From positions 1,014-65,013 of the forward strand of contig JAUIER010000001.1 of the NCBI GenBank assembly GCA_030429765.1: a stretch of DNA of 64,000 bases, in the 5' to 3' direction. The notes below the pieces were generated by a model. The model saw only the letters and a list, made by a program, of their open reading frames with translations. It was not told the DNA's origin and made no database searches. Every line of letters begins with the position of its first letter. The first letter of the stretch is position 1. Positions 47,405 through 56,195 of this stretch are shown in pieces. This stretch comes from a bacterium. Its GTDB lineage: Bacteria > Omnitrophota > Gorgyraeia > Zapsychrales > Zapsychraceae. Position numbers and translations under genes: made by a program.

Positions 47405-47449
47405 GACGATTCATTTTAAGATAAACGTAACCAAGAAGCAGAAACAGCA

Positions 47450-48325
47450 ATGAAAAAATTAAAGTTGGGTTTACCCAAAGGCAGTTTGCAGGACGCGACG
47501 ATCAAGGTTTTTGGTCGAGCGGGATTCAAAATATACGTCAGAAGCCGGTCTTACTTTCCCAGTATCGACGATAGTGAAATCGAGCCGGTTCTGTTACGAG
47601 CTCAAGAGATGAGCCGATATGTTGAGGATGGAACGCTGGATTGCGGGATCACCGGTGCGGATTGGGTCATGGAAAACGGATCCAAGGTCAAATCACTGGC
47701 TGAGTTACATTACTCTAAACAGACATCCAACAAAGTCAGATGGGTGTTGGCCGTGCCGGAAGCATCAAAAATTAAATCGGTTAAAGATCTGCAGGGAAAA
47801 AAGATCGCGACCGAAGTTGTAGGGATTACCAAAAAATATTTACGTCAGCACAAGGTTAAAGCTGACGTCGAGTTCAGCTGGGGCGCGACCGAAGCCAAAG
47901 TCACATCAGGTCTCGTCGACGCTATCGTTGAACTTACCGAAACTGGAAGTAGTTTACGGGCGAACAAATTGCGTATTGTTGAGACATTATGCGAGTCCAA
48001 CACGCAGTTCGTCGCCAGCCGAGAGGCCATTGCTGACAAATGGAAGAAAGCCAAGATGGAGCAGATCATTATGTTGCTTCAAGGCGCGATGGCGGCTGAC
48101 AATATGGTTGGACTGAAAATGAACGTTCATTCCAAAAACGTAGACAAAATCAAAGATCTTCTTCCGTCGCTGAAAGAGCCGACAATCTCCCATCTTAGTG
48201 ATTCCAAATGGGTGGCGATTGAAACGGTGATTGATGAAGGGACGGTCAGAATTTTAATCCCTAAACTGAAACAAGCGGGCGCTGAAGGGATCATTGAATA
48301 TCCGCTTAACAAATTAATTTACTAG
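47450..48325 (+). CDS. hisG: ATP phosphoribosyltransferase (long form)
   Basis: [36 protein letters not shown]-terminal regulatory domain. Confidence 0.95.
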   Translation: MKKLKLGLPKGSLQDATIKVFGRAGFKIYVRSRSYFPSIDDSEIEPVLLRAQEMSRYVEDGTLDCGITGADWVMENGSKVKSLAELHYSKQTSNKVRWVLAVPEASKIKSVKDLQGKKIATEVVGITKKYLRQHKVKADVEFSWGATEAKVTSGLVDAIVELTETGSSLRANKLRIVETLCESNTQFVASREAIADKWKKAKMEQIIMLLQGAMAADNMVGLKMNVHSKNVDKIKDLLPSLKEPTISHLSDSKWVAIETVIDEGTVRILIPKLKQAGAEGIIEYPLNKLIY

Positions 48326-48341
48326 TCAAAGGTAGACGTTT

Positions 48342-48443
48342 ATGCCGTGCGGTAAGAAAAGAAAAAACAGAAAAATACGTACTCATAAGAGAAAAAAATT
48401 AAGAAAATCACTGCGTCATCTTAAAAAACGTGACTGGAAGTAA
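48342..48443 (+). CDS. Small basic protein, AURKAIP1/COX24 (bS22/mS38-like) family, absent from ORF track
   Basis: MPCGKKRKNRKIRTHKRKKLRKSLRHLKKRDWK (33 aa) matches the MPxGKKRKxxKxxxHKRKK pattern; AAGG upstream. Confidence 0.8.
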   Translation: MPCGKKRKNRKIRTHKRKKLRKSLRHLKKRDWK

Positions 48444-48495
48444 TCATCGCTTTTAGCGGTGGATTATCTGACAGTTGAACACGAAGGTGGGAATC

Positions 48496-49521
48496 ATGCG
48501 AAGTACATCAGCAAAACAACTTTTGGTAGGTGTCATTGTTGGACTGGTGTTTCTTTGTCATGTGAATGCGGCTCAGGCATTTGTTTTTCAGGATCGTATC
48601 ACGACGGCCAAGGGGCTAGCCCACTACGCGATGGGGCAAATCTATGATTTACTGGGTCAGACCAAAAAAGCGGTCTTTGAGTACCAGCAGGCCGCTCAAT
48701 TTGATGAAGCCAACTATCTGATCCATCTTCGATTAGGCGCCGACTACGCGCGGCTGGACATGCTCACCCAGGCCAAGGAAGAGCTGAAGCTCGTCGGGAA
48801 ATATAATCCTGATGAACTACAGTCGCATTATCTGCTGGCGTTGATCTATTCCACGGAAAAAGATTACGACAGCGCCGCCCGAGAGTACGAGCACATCCTC
48901 AAAACCTTTTCAGACGCTGAACCGGGGAATATCGATATCTACGGATATCTCGGTCAGCTCTATTATTCTCAACGAAAATACAAACAAGCCATCAATCAGT
49001 TCGAAAAGATTCTGGAGCTTGAGCCGGAAAATCCGGATATCATGTACCTGCTCGGATCACTCTATTTGGAGATTGAAGATCAGCGCAAGGCGATTGAATT
49101 ATTGCAGCAGTCGATCGCGTTGGATCCGGAGCATGATGGCAGCCTCAACACACTCGGATACGTCTATGCGGAAACCGATCAGAGGCTTGATGAGGCGCAA
49201 AGTCTTGTTGAGCGCGCTCTGAAGGTCAGTCCAAACAATGGCGCGTACCTCGACAGTCTCGGGTGGGTTCTTTACAAACGCGGCCGGTACGAAGAGGCTC
49301 TGGAGACATTCAAGGAGGCAGACGCCCTGCTTAAAGATCCTGTCATTTACGACCATATGGGAGATACGTACTACAAGCTGAACAAGTTTGATGAAGCGAT
49401 AGAGCACTGGAAGATGTCGCTCGAGCTTCTGCCCGACCAAAAGAAAGTGCTTCAGAAAATTGAATCCACTCAAAGCATTCAGGCCCGAACCAATACAGTC
49501 TCCGAAACGGATCAGCCCTAG
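48496..49521 (+). CDS. Exported tetratricopeptide repeat protein
   Basis: Signal peptide (..NAAQA), multiple TPRs, LNTLGY.YAE, YLDSLGWV; sits upstream of ispE. Confidence 0.85.
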   Translation: MRSTSAKQLLVGVIVGLVFLCHVNAAQAFVFQDRITTAKGLAHYAMGQIYDLLGQTKKAVFEYQQAAQFDEANYLIHLRLGADYARLDMLTQAKEELKLVGKYNPDELQSHYLLALIYSTEKDYDSAAREYEHILKTFSDAEPGNIDIYGYLGQLYYSQRKYKQAINQFEKILELEPENPDIMYLLGSLYLEIEDQRKAIELLQQSIALDPEHDGSLNTLGYVYAETDQRLDEAQSLVERALKVSPNNGAYLDSLGWVLYKRGRYEEALETFKEADALLKDPVIYDHMGDTYYKLNKFDEAIEHWKMSLELLPDQKKVLQKIESTQSIQARTNTVSETDQP

Positions 49522-49539
49522 GGTCTACGTCACTGTCTC

Positions 49540-50448
49540 ATGTCTCAACTGACCCTTAACGCCCCCGCCAAATTAAATCTTTATCTCAAAGTCATCAACA
49601 AACGACCCGACGGGTTTCACAATATCAAGACCCTGTTTGAACGGATCAACCTCATTGACCGGGTGGGTCTCAAAGATAACACCCGCGGAGAGATCCGTAT
49701 CACCTGCAATCATCCGCATGTGCCCTTGGGGTCCAAAAATCTGGTGTACCGTGTGGCGGACCTGATGCGGACCAACTACGGCATGCCGGACCGGGGTGTG
49801 GATATCGATATTCAGAAGGTGATCCCGGTGGCGGCGGGATTAGCGGGAGGTTCGACCAACGCGGCGGCCGTTATTATGGGGCTGAACCGGTTGTGGAGGC
49901 TGAAGCTTCAGCACAAGGATTTAATTGCCATCGCCCGACAGATTGGCAGTGACGTCCCGTTTTTCCTGTACGATACCAGCTGGGCGATGGGGACGGAGCG
50001 CGGCGATAAAATCCGTCCATTGAAGATCGACCGGAAATTATGGCATATTTTGGTGGTCCCAAAGGTCAAGATGCATACACCCAAAGTGTACGGCGCCATA
50101 AAGATAGGAAAAAAAGAGGGTCAGGGAAATATTGGCGGATCCGAGGGCACGAATTTGTTGACAAAGCCAGGTGATAATGCTAATATTCTTGTTCATAAAT
50201 TACGAAATAGTAATATAATAAATATTAGTTCTTTGTTATATAACGACTTGGAAAAAGTTGTTGTACAGATTTGTCCAAGAATCAAAAAATTGAAAGAAAA
50301 ACTAAAGTCGTTGAATGCTATGGGGGTTACTGTTTCAGGCAGCGGCCCTAGCGTGTATGGCTTAACGGATTCAGAAACAGCAGCCAAGCAAATACAAGCC
50401 CAATTATCGAACCGTTATACACAGGTATTTGTTGTTCGGACTTTTTGA
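49540..50448 (+). CDS. ispE: 4-diphosphocytidyl-2-C-methyl-D-erythritol kinase
   Basis: APAKLNLYL, RPDGFH, IPVAAGLAGGS, GSDVPFF, SGSGPSV. Confidence 0.95.
   Translation: MSQLTLNAPAKLNLYLKVINKRPDGFHNIKTLFERINLIDRVGLKDNTRGEIRITCNHPHVPLGSKNLVYRVADLMRTNYGMPDRGVDIDIQKVIPVAAGLAGGSTNAAAVIMGLNRLWRLKLQHKDLIAIARQIGSDVPFFLYDTSWAMGTERGDKIRPLKIDRKLWHILVVPKVKMHTPKVYGAIKIGKKEGQGNIGGSEGTNLLTKPGDNANILVHKLRNSNIINISSLLYNDLEKVVVQICPRIKKLKEKLKSLNAMGVTVSGSGPSVYGLTDSETAAKQIQAQLSNRYTQVFVVRTF
50158..50186 (+). promoter_or_regulatory. Internal sigma70 promoter inside ispE
   Basis: TTGACA-17 nt-TAATAT with extended TGn, followed by a markedly AT-rich stretch. Confidence 0.6.
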
Positions 50449-50494
50449 TTCTACTTATGATGAATAAGCGGAGCAAAAACACGAAGGAGCAATT

Positions 50495-50908
50495 ATGGAG
50501 ATTACGGAAATTCGAGTATTTCCAAAAGAGGGGCAAGATAAAAAGCTAAAAGCCTATACCACGGTTACATTTGATAATGCTTTTGTCGTCAGGAACATAA
50601 AAATTATTCAGGGATCGAGCGGGCTGTTTATCGCCATGCCGTCTCGAAAAATGAAGTTCTCTTGCCTGAAATGTGGTTTCAAGAACGAAGTGGGCAGTAA
50701 ATATTGTAATCAATGCGGAGGCACGTTGCAAGGTCCAGGCTCTGGTGGCGGTCCAGATGATCGAACGGATGCGAAGTCGGAACATCGGGATATAGCACAT
50801 CCCATTACCCAGCAGTTTCGTGAGTATCTTCAAGAGCAAATCATTGAGGCCTACCGTAAAGAATCAGAGAATCCCAGTTCAGTTGGTTCGATCCAGGGAG
50901 CTTCATAG
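50495..50908 (+). CDS. spoVG: SpoVG family nucleic-acid-binding protein with zinc-ribbon insertion
   Basis: MEITEIRV, KLKAY, GLFIAMPSRK, HRDIAHPI; inserted CLKC...CNQC. Confidence 0.92.
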   Translation: MEITEIRVFPKEGQDKKLKAYTTVTFDNAFVVRNIKIIQGSSGLFIAMPSRKMKFSCLKCGFKNEVGSKYCNQCGGTLQGPGSGGGPDDRTDAKSEHRDIAHPITQQFREYLQEQIIEAYRKESENPSSVGSIQGAS

Positions 50909-50939
50909 ACGTTCACATTTATTGACTTAGTTAAATTTT

Positions 50940-51011
50940 TGCCCGGTGGTGTAATTGGTAACACAGCAGAATTTGGATCTGCTTTTCCAGGTTCGAGTCC
51001 TGGCTGGGCAG
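50940..51011 (+). tRNA. tRNA-Gln (UUG)
   Basis: Acceptor TGCCCGG/CTGGGCA, D arm GTGTAATTGGTAACAC, anticodon arm GCAGA-ATTTGGA-TCTGC, T arm CCAGG-TTCGAGT-CCTGG; CCA not encoded. Confidence 0.93.
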
Positions 51012-51058
51012 CTTTATTTCGAAGGGTTATTGTTGGCGAATAGCGATATCACAGACTC

Positions 51059-52318
51059 ATGAAAGATCTTAGAACAATTATTTTAGCGGCCGGTAAGGGA
51101 ACCCGGATGAAGTCAGATGTTCCCAAGGTATTACATCAAGTTTGCGGCGTTCCTATCATCCAATACGTCCTGGATGTGACCAAGGCTGTCGGATCCGAAA
51201 AAAATTACGTCGTTCTCGGTCACAAAAGTGATACCATCCAGAATTATCTTCCCGACGATATCATCACAGTACAACAGAAAAAACTTCTTGGCACAGCGGA
51301 TGCTGTTCGCTCGACGGAGAGTCAACTTAAATCATACCGCGGGGATGTCCTGATTCTATGCGGTGACACCCCTTTGCTGACACGTGAGACGATCAAAAGT
51401 TTGGTCAAAAAACACCGGAGTGCGAAGAATTCATGTACTTTCCTAACCGGCGTGGTGCACGAGCCGCAGGGGTATGGACGGATTATTCGTGATCAGAAAG
51501 GTCGGCCAGTGGCGATCCGGGAAGACAAGGATGCATCGGGATTGGAACGCGAAATCGCCGAGATCAATGCCGGCGTTTATTGTTTCCAGTCGCGTGATCT
51601 TTTTGAAATGCTGAATCTTGTCGAGAAAAATCCGCTGAAAAAAGAATTTTATCTGACGGATGTGATCGAGCTGTTAACCGATCGCGGGAAAAAAGTCCAG
51701 ACCATTCAGACCGAAAATTTTTCAGAAACGCTGGGGGTCAATTCACGGGCGGATCTGGCACAGTCCGAAGCGGTGATTCGTCGTCGTATACTAAATGAGT
51801 GCATGAACAAGGGCGTCAGCATTATCGATCCCAACACGACTTATATCAATGCAGATGTTAAGATCGGGCGTGATACAGTCATCAAGCCGTTTACAGTGAT
51901 CGAGAGTGATGTCCGTGTCGGTGAAAACTGTTCAATCGGACCATTCGCCCGATTAAGACCGGGCACACGGATCGGTAATAGTGTCGAAATAGGAAATTTT
52001 TCTGAAGTATCGCGGACCAAGATTGGTGAGTCATCGATCATGAAGCATTTTGGATTTTTGGGCGACACGACCGTCGGTAAACATGTAAATGTCGGAGCCG
52101 GCACCGTGACGGCTAATTATGACGGTGAGAACAAGAATCCGACCAAAATCGCCGACGGCGCATTTATCGGATCAGATTCGATCCTGGTGGCTCCTGTCAA
52201 AGTCGGTAAAAAGGCTGTCGTCGGAGCGGGCAGTGTCGTGGTCAAAACAAATCTTCCCGATAACAGTATCGCGATGGGAGTTCCAGCGCGGGTCACCAAA
52301 CGGAGAGAAAGTTCATGA
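51059..52318 (+). CDS. glmU: Bifunctional UDP-GlcNAc pyrophosphorylase/glucosamine-1-P acetyltransferase (short form)
   Basis: ILAAGKGTRMKS, LGTADAV, GYGRI, EFYLTD, GPFARLRPG, NYDG, FIGSDS.LVAPV. Confidence 0.93.
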   Translation: MKDLRTIILAAGKGTRMKSDVPKVLHQVCGVPIIQYVLDVTKAVGSEKNYVVLGHKSDTIQNYLPDDIITVQQKKLLGTADAVRSTESQLKSYRGDVLILCGDTPLLTRETIKSLVKKHRSAKNSCTFLTGVVHEPQGYGRIIRDQKGRPVAIREDKDASGLEREIAEINAGVYCFQSRDLFEMLNLVEKNPLKKEFYLTDVIELLTDRGKKVQTIQTENFSETLGVNSRADLAQSEAVIRRRILNECMNKGVSIIDPNTTYINADVKIGRDTVIKPFTVIESDVRVGENCSIGPFARLRPGTRIGNSVEIGNFSEVSRTKIGESSIMKHFGFLGDTTVGKHVNVGAGTVTANYDGENKNPTKIADGAFIGSDSILVAPVKVGKKAVVGAGSVVVKTNLPDNSIAMGVPARVTKRRESS

Positions 52319-53265
52319 ACGGTTTGGCAATATGTACAGGAAACGCCAATAAGGCCCTGGCCAAGGGGATTTGTAAGCACCTCGGAACCCACTTAACTGA
52401 CGTGCTGGTTAGTAAATTCAGCGAAGGTGAAGTGCGTGTCCAGATAGAGGAAAATATCCGCGGCAAGGACGTTTTTATCGTCCAGCCGACGTGTCCGCCG
52501 ACGAATGATAATCTGATGGAATTGTTGATTATGATCGATGCGGCTCGACGGGCGTCGGCTAAACGGATTACGGCAGTGTTGCCCTATTACGGATATGCCC
52601 GCCAAGACCGCAAAGATCAGCCCAGGGTGCCGATCACGGCTAAGCTGGTGGCTAATCTTATTGTGGCGGCCGGTGCGAAAAGAGTATTGACGATGGATCT
52701 GCACGCCAATCAGATTCAGGGATTTTTTGATATTCCCGTTGACCATTTGTACGGGATCAATGAACTGTGCGATTACTTTATCGATAAGAAGCTGAAAAAT
52801 TTAGTCGTCGTATCCCCCGATGTCGGTGGTATCAAGATGGCCCGGGCCTATGCGAAGCGCTTGGGCGCGGGGCTGGCGATCGTCGACAAACGTCGGGATA
52901 ATCCGGAAAAAACGGAGGTCATGCATATCCTGGGTAATGTCAAAGGCAAGAATGCCGTTCTCGTCGATGACATTGTGGCCACAGCCGGTTCACTGGTTGA
53001 GGCCATTGGAGCCCTCAAAAAGAAAGGCGTGAAGGATGTTTATGCCGCGATCAGTCACGGTATTTTATCGGGACCGGCGGTGTCACGGATTAAGGCCTGT
53101 AAAGATCTAAAGGAACTGGTTATCACGGACAGTATCCCATTGACCAAATCAAAGAAAATCAAAAATATAACGGCTGTCACAGTTGCCTCGCTTCTGGCTG
53201 AGGCGATTCAGCGGATTCATAACGAGGAATCAATCAGCTGTTTGTTTGATGAAACAACGCGGTAA
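52315..53265 (+). CDS. prs: Ribose-phosphate pyrophosphokinase
   Basis: PYYGYARQDRK, DLHA.QIQGFF, VSPDVGG, VDDIVATAGS. Confidence 0.97.
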   Translation: MNGLAICTGNANKALAKGICKHLGTHLTDVLVSKFSEGEVRVQIEENIRGKDVFIVQPTCPPTNDNLMELLIMIDAARRASAKRITAVLPYYGYARQDRKDQPRVPITAKLVANLIVAAGAKRVLTMDLHANQIQGFFDIPVDHLYGINELCDYFIDKKLKNLVVVSPDVGGIKMARAYAKRLGAGLAIVDKRRDNPEKTEVMHILGNVKGKNAVLVDDIVATAGSLVEAIGALKKKGVKDVYAAISHGILSGPAVSRIKACKDLKELVITDSIPLTKSKKIKNITAVTVASLLAEAIQRIHNEESISCLFDETTR

Positions 53266-53283
53266 AAAAAGGAATGAATTAAA

Positions 53284-53946
53284 ATGGAAGAGATTACATT
53301 GGATGTACAAATCAGAAATGAAGTAGGGCGTCGGCAGTTACGTGCGGTTCGTGATCGCGATCAAATTCCAGCAGTTGTCTACGGCGGAGATAAGGAGCCA
53401 ACAAATATTGAAGTTGATCGCCGATCGTTTGAAAAGATTATGCGGGCTCATCACGGACAAAGCGTTGTCTTTCATATCAATGTTCACGAGGGTGACAAAA
53501 AATTGCGCGATTATTCGGCCATTGTCAAAGACGAACAGTTTCATCCGTTAGCTGAAAATCTGCTGCATCTTGATTTTCAGAGAATTTCACTCAAAGAGGA
53601 ACTGGAAGTAGCGGTTCAAGTTGTCTTGACCGGAGAAGCGATAGGAGTCAAGCGGGACGGCGGATCGCTGGATCAGCCGATGCATGAGCTGGAAGTTATC
53701 TGTCTACCGACAAATATTCCCGAGAAAATTGAGGTGGATGTTTCGGCCCTTGAAATTGGGGACGCGATTCACGTAAGCGATATAACTCTACCGGCTAAAG
53801 TTAAGACCAAAGAGGATCCGGAAGCGATGGTCGCGTCAGTGGTTCCGCCAATGAAGGACGAAGAGGCGATCGCCGCTGAAGGTGAAGAAGTGACTGAACC
53901 AGAAGTGACCAAAGAGAAGAAGAAAGACGAAGCGGCCGAAGGGTAA
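53284..53946 (+). CDS. rplY: 50S ribosomal protein L25/Ctc
   Basis: IPAVVYG, LHLDF, C.PTNIPE.IEVDVS.L.IGD; acidic tail. Confidence 0.95.
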   Translation: MEEITLDVQIRNEVGRRQLRAVRDRDQIPAVVYGGDKEPTNIEVDRRSFEKIMRAHHGQSVVFHINVHEGDKKLRDYSAIVKDEQFHPLAENLLHLDFQRISLKEELEVAVQVVLTGEAIGVKRDGGSLDQPMHELEVICLPTNIPEKIEVDVSALEIGDAIHVSDITLPAKVKTKEDPEAMVASVVPPMKDEEAIAAEGEEVTEPEVTKEKKKDEAAEG

Positions 53947-53995
53947 GCATTCCCTGGTCCGGTTTTTTCAGATCAGTTAAATGTGTTAACAGGCG

Positions 53996-54583
53996 GTGCA
54001 TGTCTTGTCGGAAACAAAGGTTATTGTTGGTTTAGGAAATCCAGGCCCGCAATACGAGTACACAAGACACAATTTAGGGTTTCTGGCTGTTCAGCGAATA
54101 GCTGAGCAGCATCAATTGAAATTCGGGTTGAGTTCTTTTGCAAATGGTTTGACAGCGCAGGGTGATATAGAAGGACAGCAGGTTTGTCTGCTTCTGCCGC
54201 TCACTTACATGAATAATTCGGGAGTGGCTGTTCGGCAGGTCTTAAAGCATACACAGGCTGAGCTCAGCAATTTACTGGTTGTCTGTGATGATTTAAACCT
54301 AAAGTATGAGGGAATCCGGATTCGTCCGTCAGGAAGTGACGGCGGAAACAACGGTTTAAAATCGATTATAGCCCGGCTTCAAACGCGCGAGTTTTCCCGG
54401 TTGCGTTTGGGAATAGGCCGGCCATCCAATAGTGATGACACGGTCGATTATGTTTTATCGGAGTTCAGTAAAGAGGAACAAGCCTCTCTCAAGGATTTTG
54501 TTGAAACAGCAGCACAATGCAGTGCTGTATGGCTGAAAGAGGGAATTGCCAAAGCGATGGATCAATTTAACAAAAGGAAATAA
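53996..54583 (+). CDS. pth: Peptidyl-tRNA hydrolase
   Basis: IVGLGNPG, TRHNLGF, TYMNNSG, RLRLGIG; start uncertain. Confidence 0.95.
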   Translation: MHVLSETKVIVGLGNPGPQYEYTRHNLGFLAVQRIAEQHQLKFGLSSFANGLTAQGDIEGQQVCLLLPLTYMNNSGVAVRQVLKHTQAELSNLLVVCDDLNLKYEGIRIRPSGSDGGNNGLKSIIARLQTREFSRLRLGIGRPSNSDDTVDYVLSEFSKEEQASLKDFVETAAQCSAVWLKEGIAKAMDQFNKRK

Positions 54584-54584
54584 A

Positions 54585-54923
54585 ATGGATAATTCGAATA
54601 CAACAAAAAAATACGAACTTATGGTTATCGTGGATGCACATTTGTCGCAGGACGAAAAAGACAGCATCCTCAAAGAAATTGATGGAGAAATTTCAAAAGC
54701 CGGCGGAAAGACAGTCAACACGCAAACATGGTTTGAAAAGCAGAAGTTTACGTTTGAGATCAAGAAAAAGAAAGAGGGAACATACTACTTGATCAATTTT
54801 GAAGCTGAGAAACCAGCAATCGCTAAACTCAATGCCTTCTTACGTCTATATGAAAAAGTATTGCGTGGGCTTATACTGGAAGTTGAAAAACACTCTGTAA
54901 AAGAGCAAGCCGCCCAAGTGTAA
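54585..54923 (+). CDS. rpsF: 30S ribosomal protein S6
   Basis: KYELMVI, FEIKK..EG.Y; conserved rpsF-ssb-rpsR-rplI order; ATG 54585. Confidence 0.9.
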   Translation: MDNSNTTKKYELMVIVDAHLSQDEKDSILKEIDGEISKAGGKTVNTQTWFEKQKFTFEIKKKKEGTYYLINFEAEKPAIAKLNAFLRLYEKVLRGLILEVEKHSVKEQAAQV

Positions 54924-54994
54924 GGTTCACACCTCACAAATTGCCAAGATCTAACTAATACTAACAGCTTTCATTAGATTGTAAGGAGAAACTA

Positions 54995-55438
54995 ATGGCG
55001 AATTTAAACAAAGTATTTCTTATCGGCAACCTGACAAGAGATCCAGAGCTCAGATATACCCCAGGTGGAACTGCTGTGGCCAACCTAGGAATTGCCGTTA
55101 ATCGCCGATTTAAAGATAGCTCCGGTGAGCTCAAGGAAGAGGTATGCTTCCTTACGGTCACTGTGTGGGACAAGCAAGCGGAAGCCTGCTGCCAGTATCT
55201 CACCAAAGGACGACCGGTGTTTGTAGAAGGTGTATTGCAATCCCGATTTTGGGAAACATCAGACGGACAAAAACGAAGTGCAATTGATGTGCGTGCGGAG
55301 CGGGTTCAGTTTCTTGGAAACTACGGAAACTCCAAGGACAAATCTGCCGACAACGCGTCGGACATCGAAGGTGAATTGGTTGACGTCGGAAGTTCGGGCG
55401 ATACCATCAAGCCTGAAGACATTGCTTGGGATGAATAG
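54995..55438 (+). CDS. ssb: Single-stranded DNA-binding protein
   Basis: NKVFLIGNLTRDPELRYTP, KGRPVFVEG; acidic tail EDIAWDE. Confidence 0.96.
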   Translation: MANLNKVFLIGNLTRDPELRYTPGGTAVANLGIAVNRRFKDSSGELKEEVCFLTVTVWDKQAEACCQYLTKGRPVFVEGVLQSRFWETSDGQKRSAIDVRAERVQFLGNYGNSKDKSADNASDIEGELVDVGSSGDTIKPEDIAWDE

Positions 55439-55458
55439 GTAAAAATTGGAGAAATTAG

Positions 55459-55710
55459 ATGACCGCATTTAAAAGGACAAAACGAAGATTTAACAACCGG
55501 CCTAAATTATCGGCCAAATATCAATTGCCAAAAGACGCGGTAATTGATTACAAAAACTTGCCGTTGATCCAGCGATATATCAACGACCGCGGGAAATTGG
55601 TTCCTCGTCGTATATCGGGCCTCACGGCTAAAGAGCAGCGTCAGATTTCGATCGCTGTCAAAAGAGCGCGGTTTATGTCCCTGTTGACGACAGGCGGCGT
55701 ACGACGCTAA
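55459..55710 (+). CDS. rpsR: 30S ribosomal protein S18
   Basis: IDYKN, GKLVPRRISG, QRQIS.AVKRAR. Confidence 0.95.
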   Translation: MTAFKRTKRRFNNRPKLSAKYQLPKDAVIDYKNLPLIQRYINDRGKLVPRRISGLTAKEQRQISIAVKRARFMSLLTTGGVRR

Positions 55711-55751
55711 ATTTTGGTTGAACGATTACTACAATAGCAGGGAATCCAGAA

Positions 55752-56195
55752 ATGAAAGTAATACTTACACATGATGTCAAGCATTTGGGAAGAGTCGGGG
55801 ATGTTGTCAAAGTCAAAGATGGATATGCCCGCAACATGCTTTTACCCAGAAATTTGGCCTATCTTGCAACTCCGGAAAACCTCAAGCGTATTGAAAAGCA
55901 GCAGAAACTGCGGGCGGACCAGTATGCTGAAGAAAAGGCTAAAGCCGAACAATTAGCTGAGCAGTTGGCGAAAGCCTCGGCCACAGTTAATGTCGAAGTC
56001 AATGATCTTGAAAAGTTATATGGTTCTATTTCCGAAACTGACGTTGTCAAGGCGTTAGAACAGGAAGGGTTTACTATTGATAAGAAAGACGTGATCTTCG
56101 AACAGCCTATTGAAGAGCTGGGTATTTTCGAGGTCGGAGTTAAACTTCATTCAGAAGTGACAGCAAAGATCAGGTTATGGGTAACCAAGAAGTAA
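55752..56195 (+). CDS. rplI: 50S ribosomal protein L9
   Basis: MKVIL, LG..GDVVKVKDGYARN, KLYGSI. Confidence 0.96.
   Translation: MKVILTHDVKHLGRVGDVVKVKDGYARNMLLPRNLAYLATPENLKRIEKQQKLRADQYAEEKAKAEQLAEQLAKASATVNVEVNDLEKLYGSISETDVVKALEQEGFTIDKKDVIFEQPIEELGIFEVGVKLHSEVTAKIRLWVTKK

Noticed and set aside
54338-54358. Pth GGNNG instead of GGHNG as a sign of inactivation
   Set aside because: The catalytic His (TRHN) and the other motifs are intact and the gene is in its usual context.
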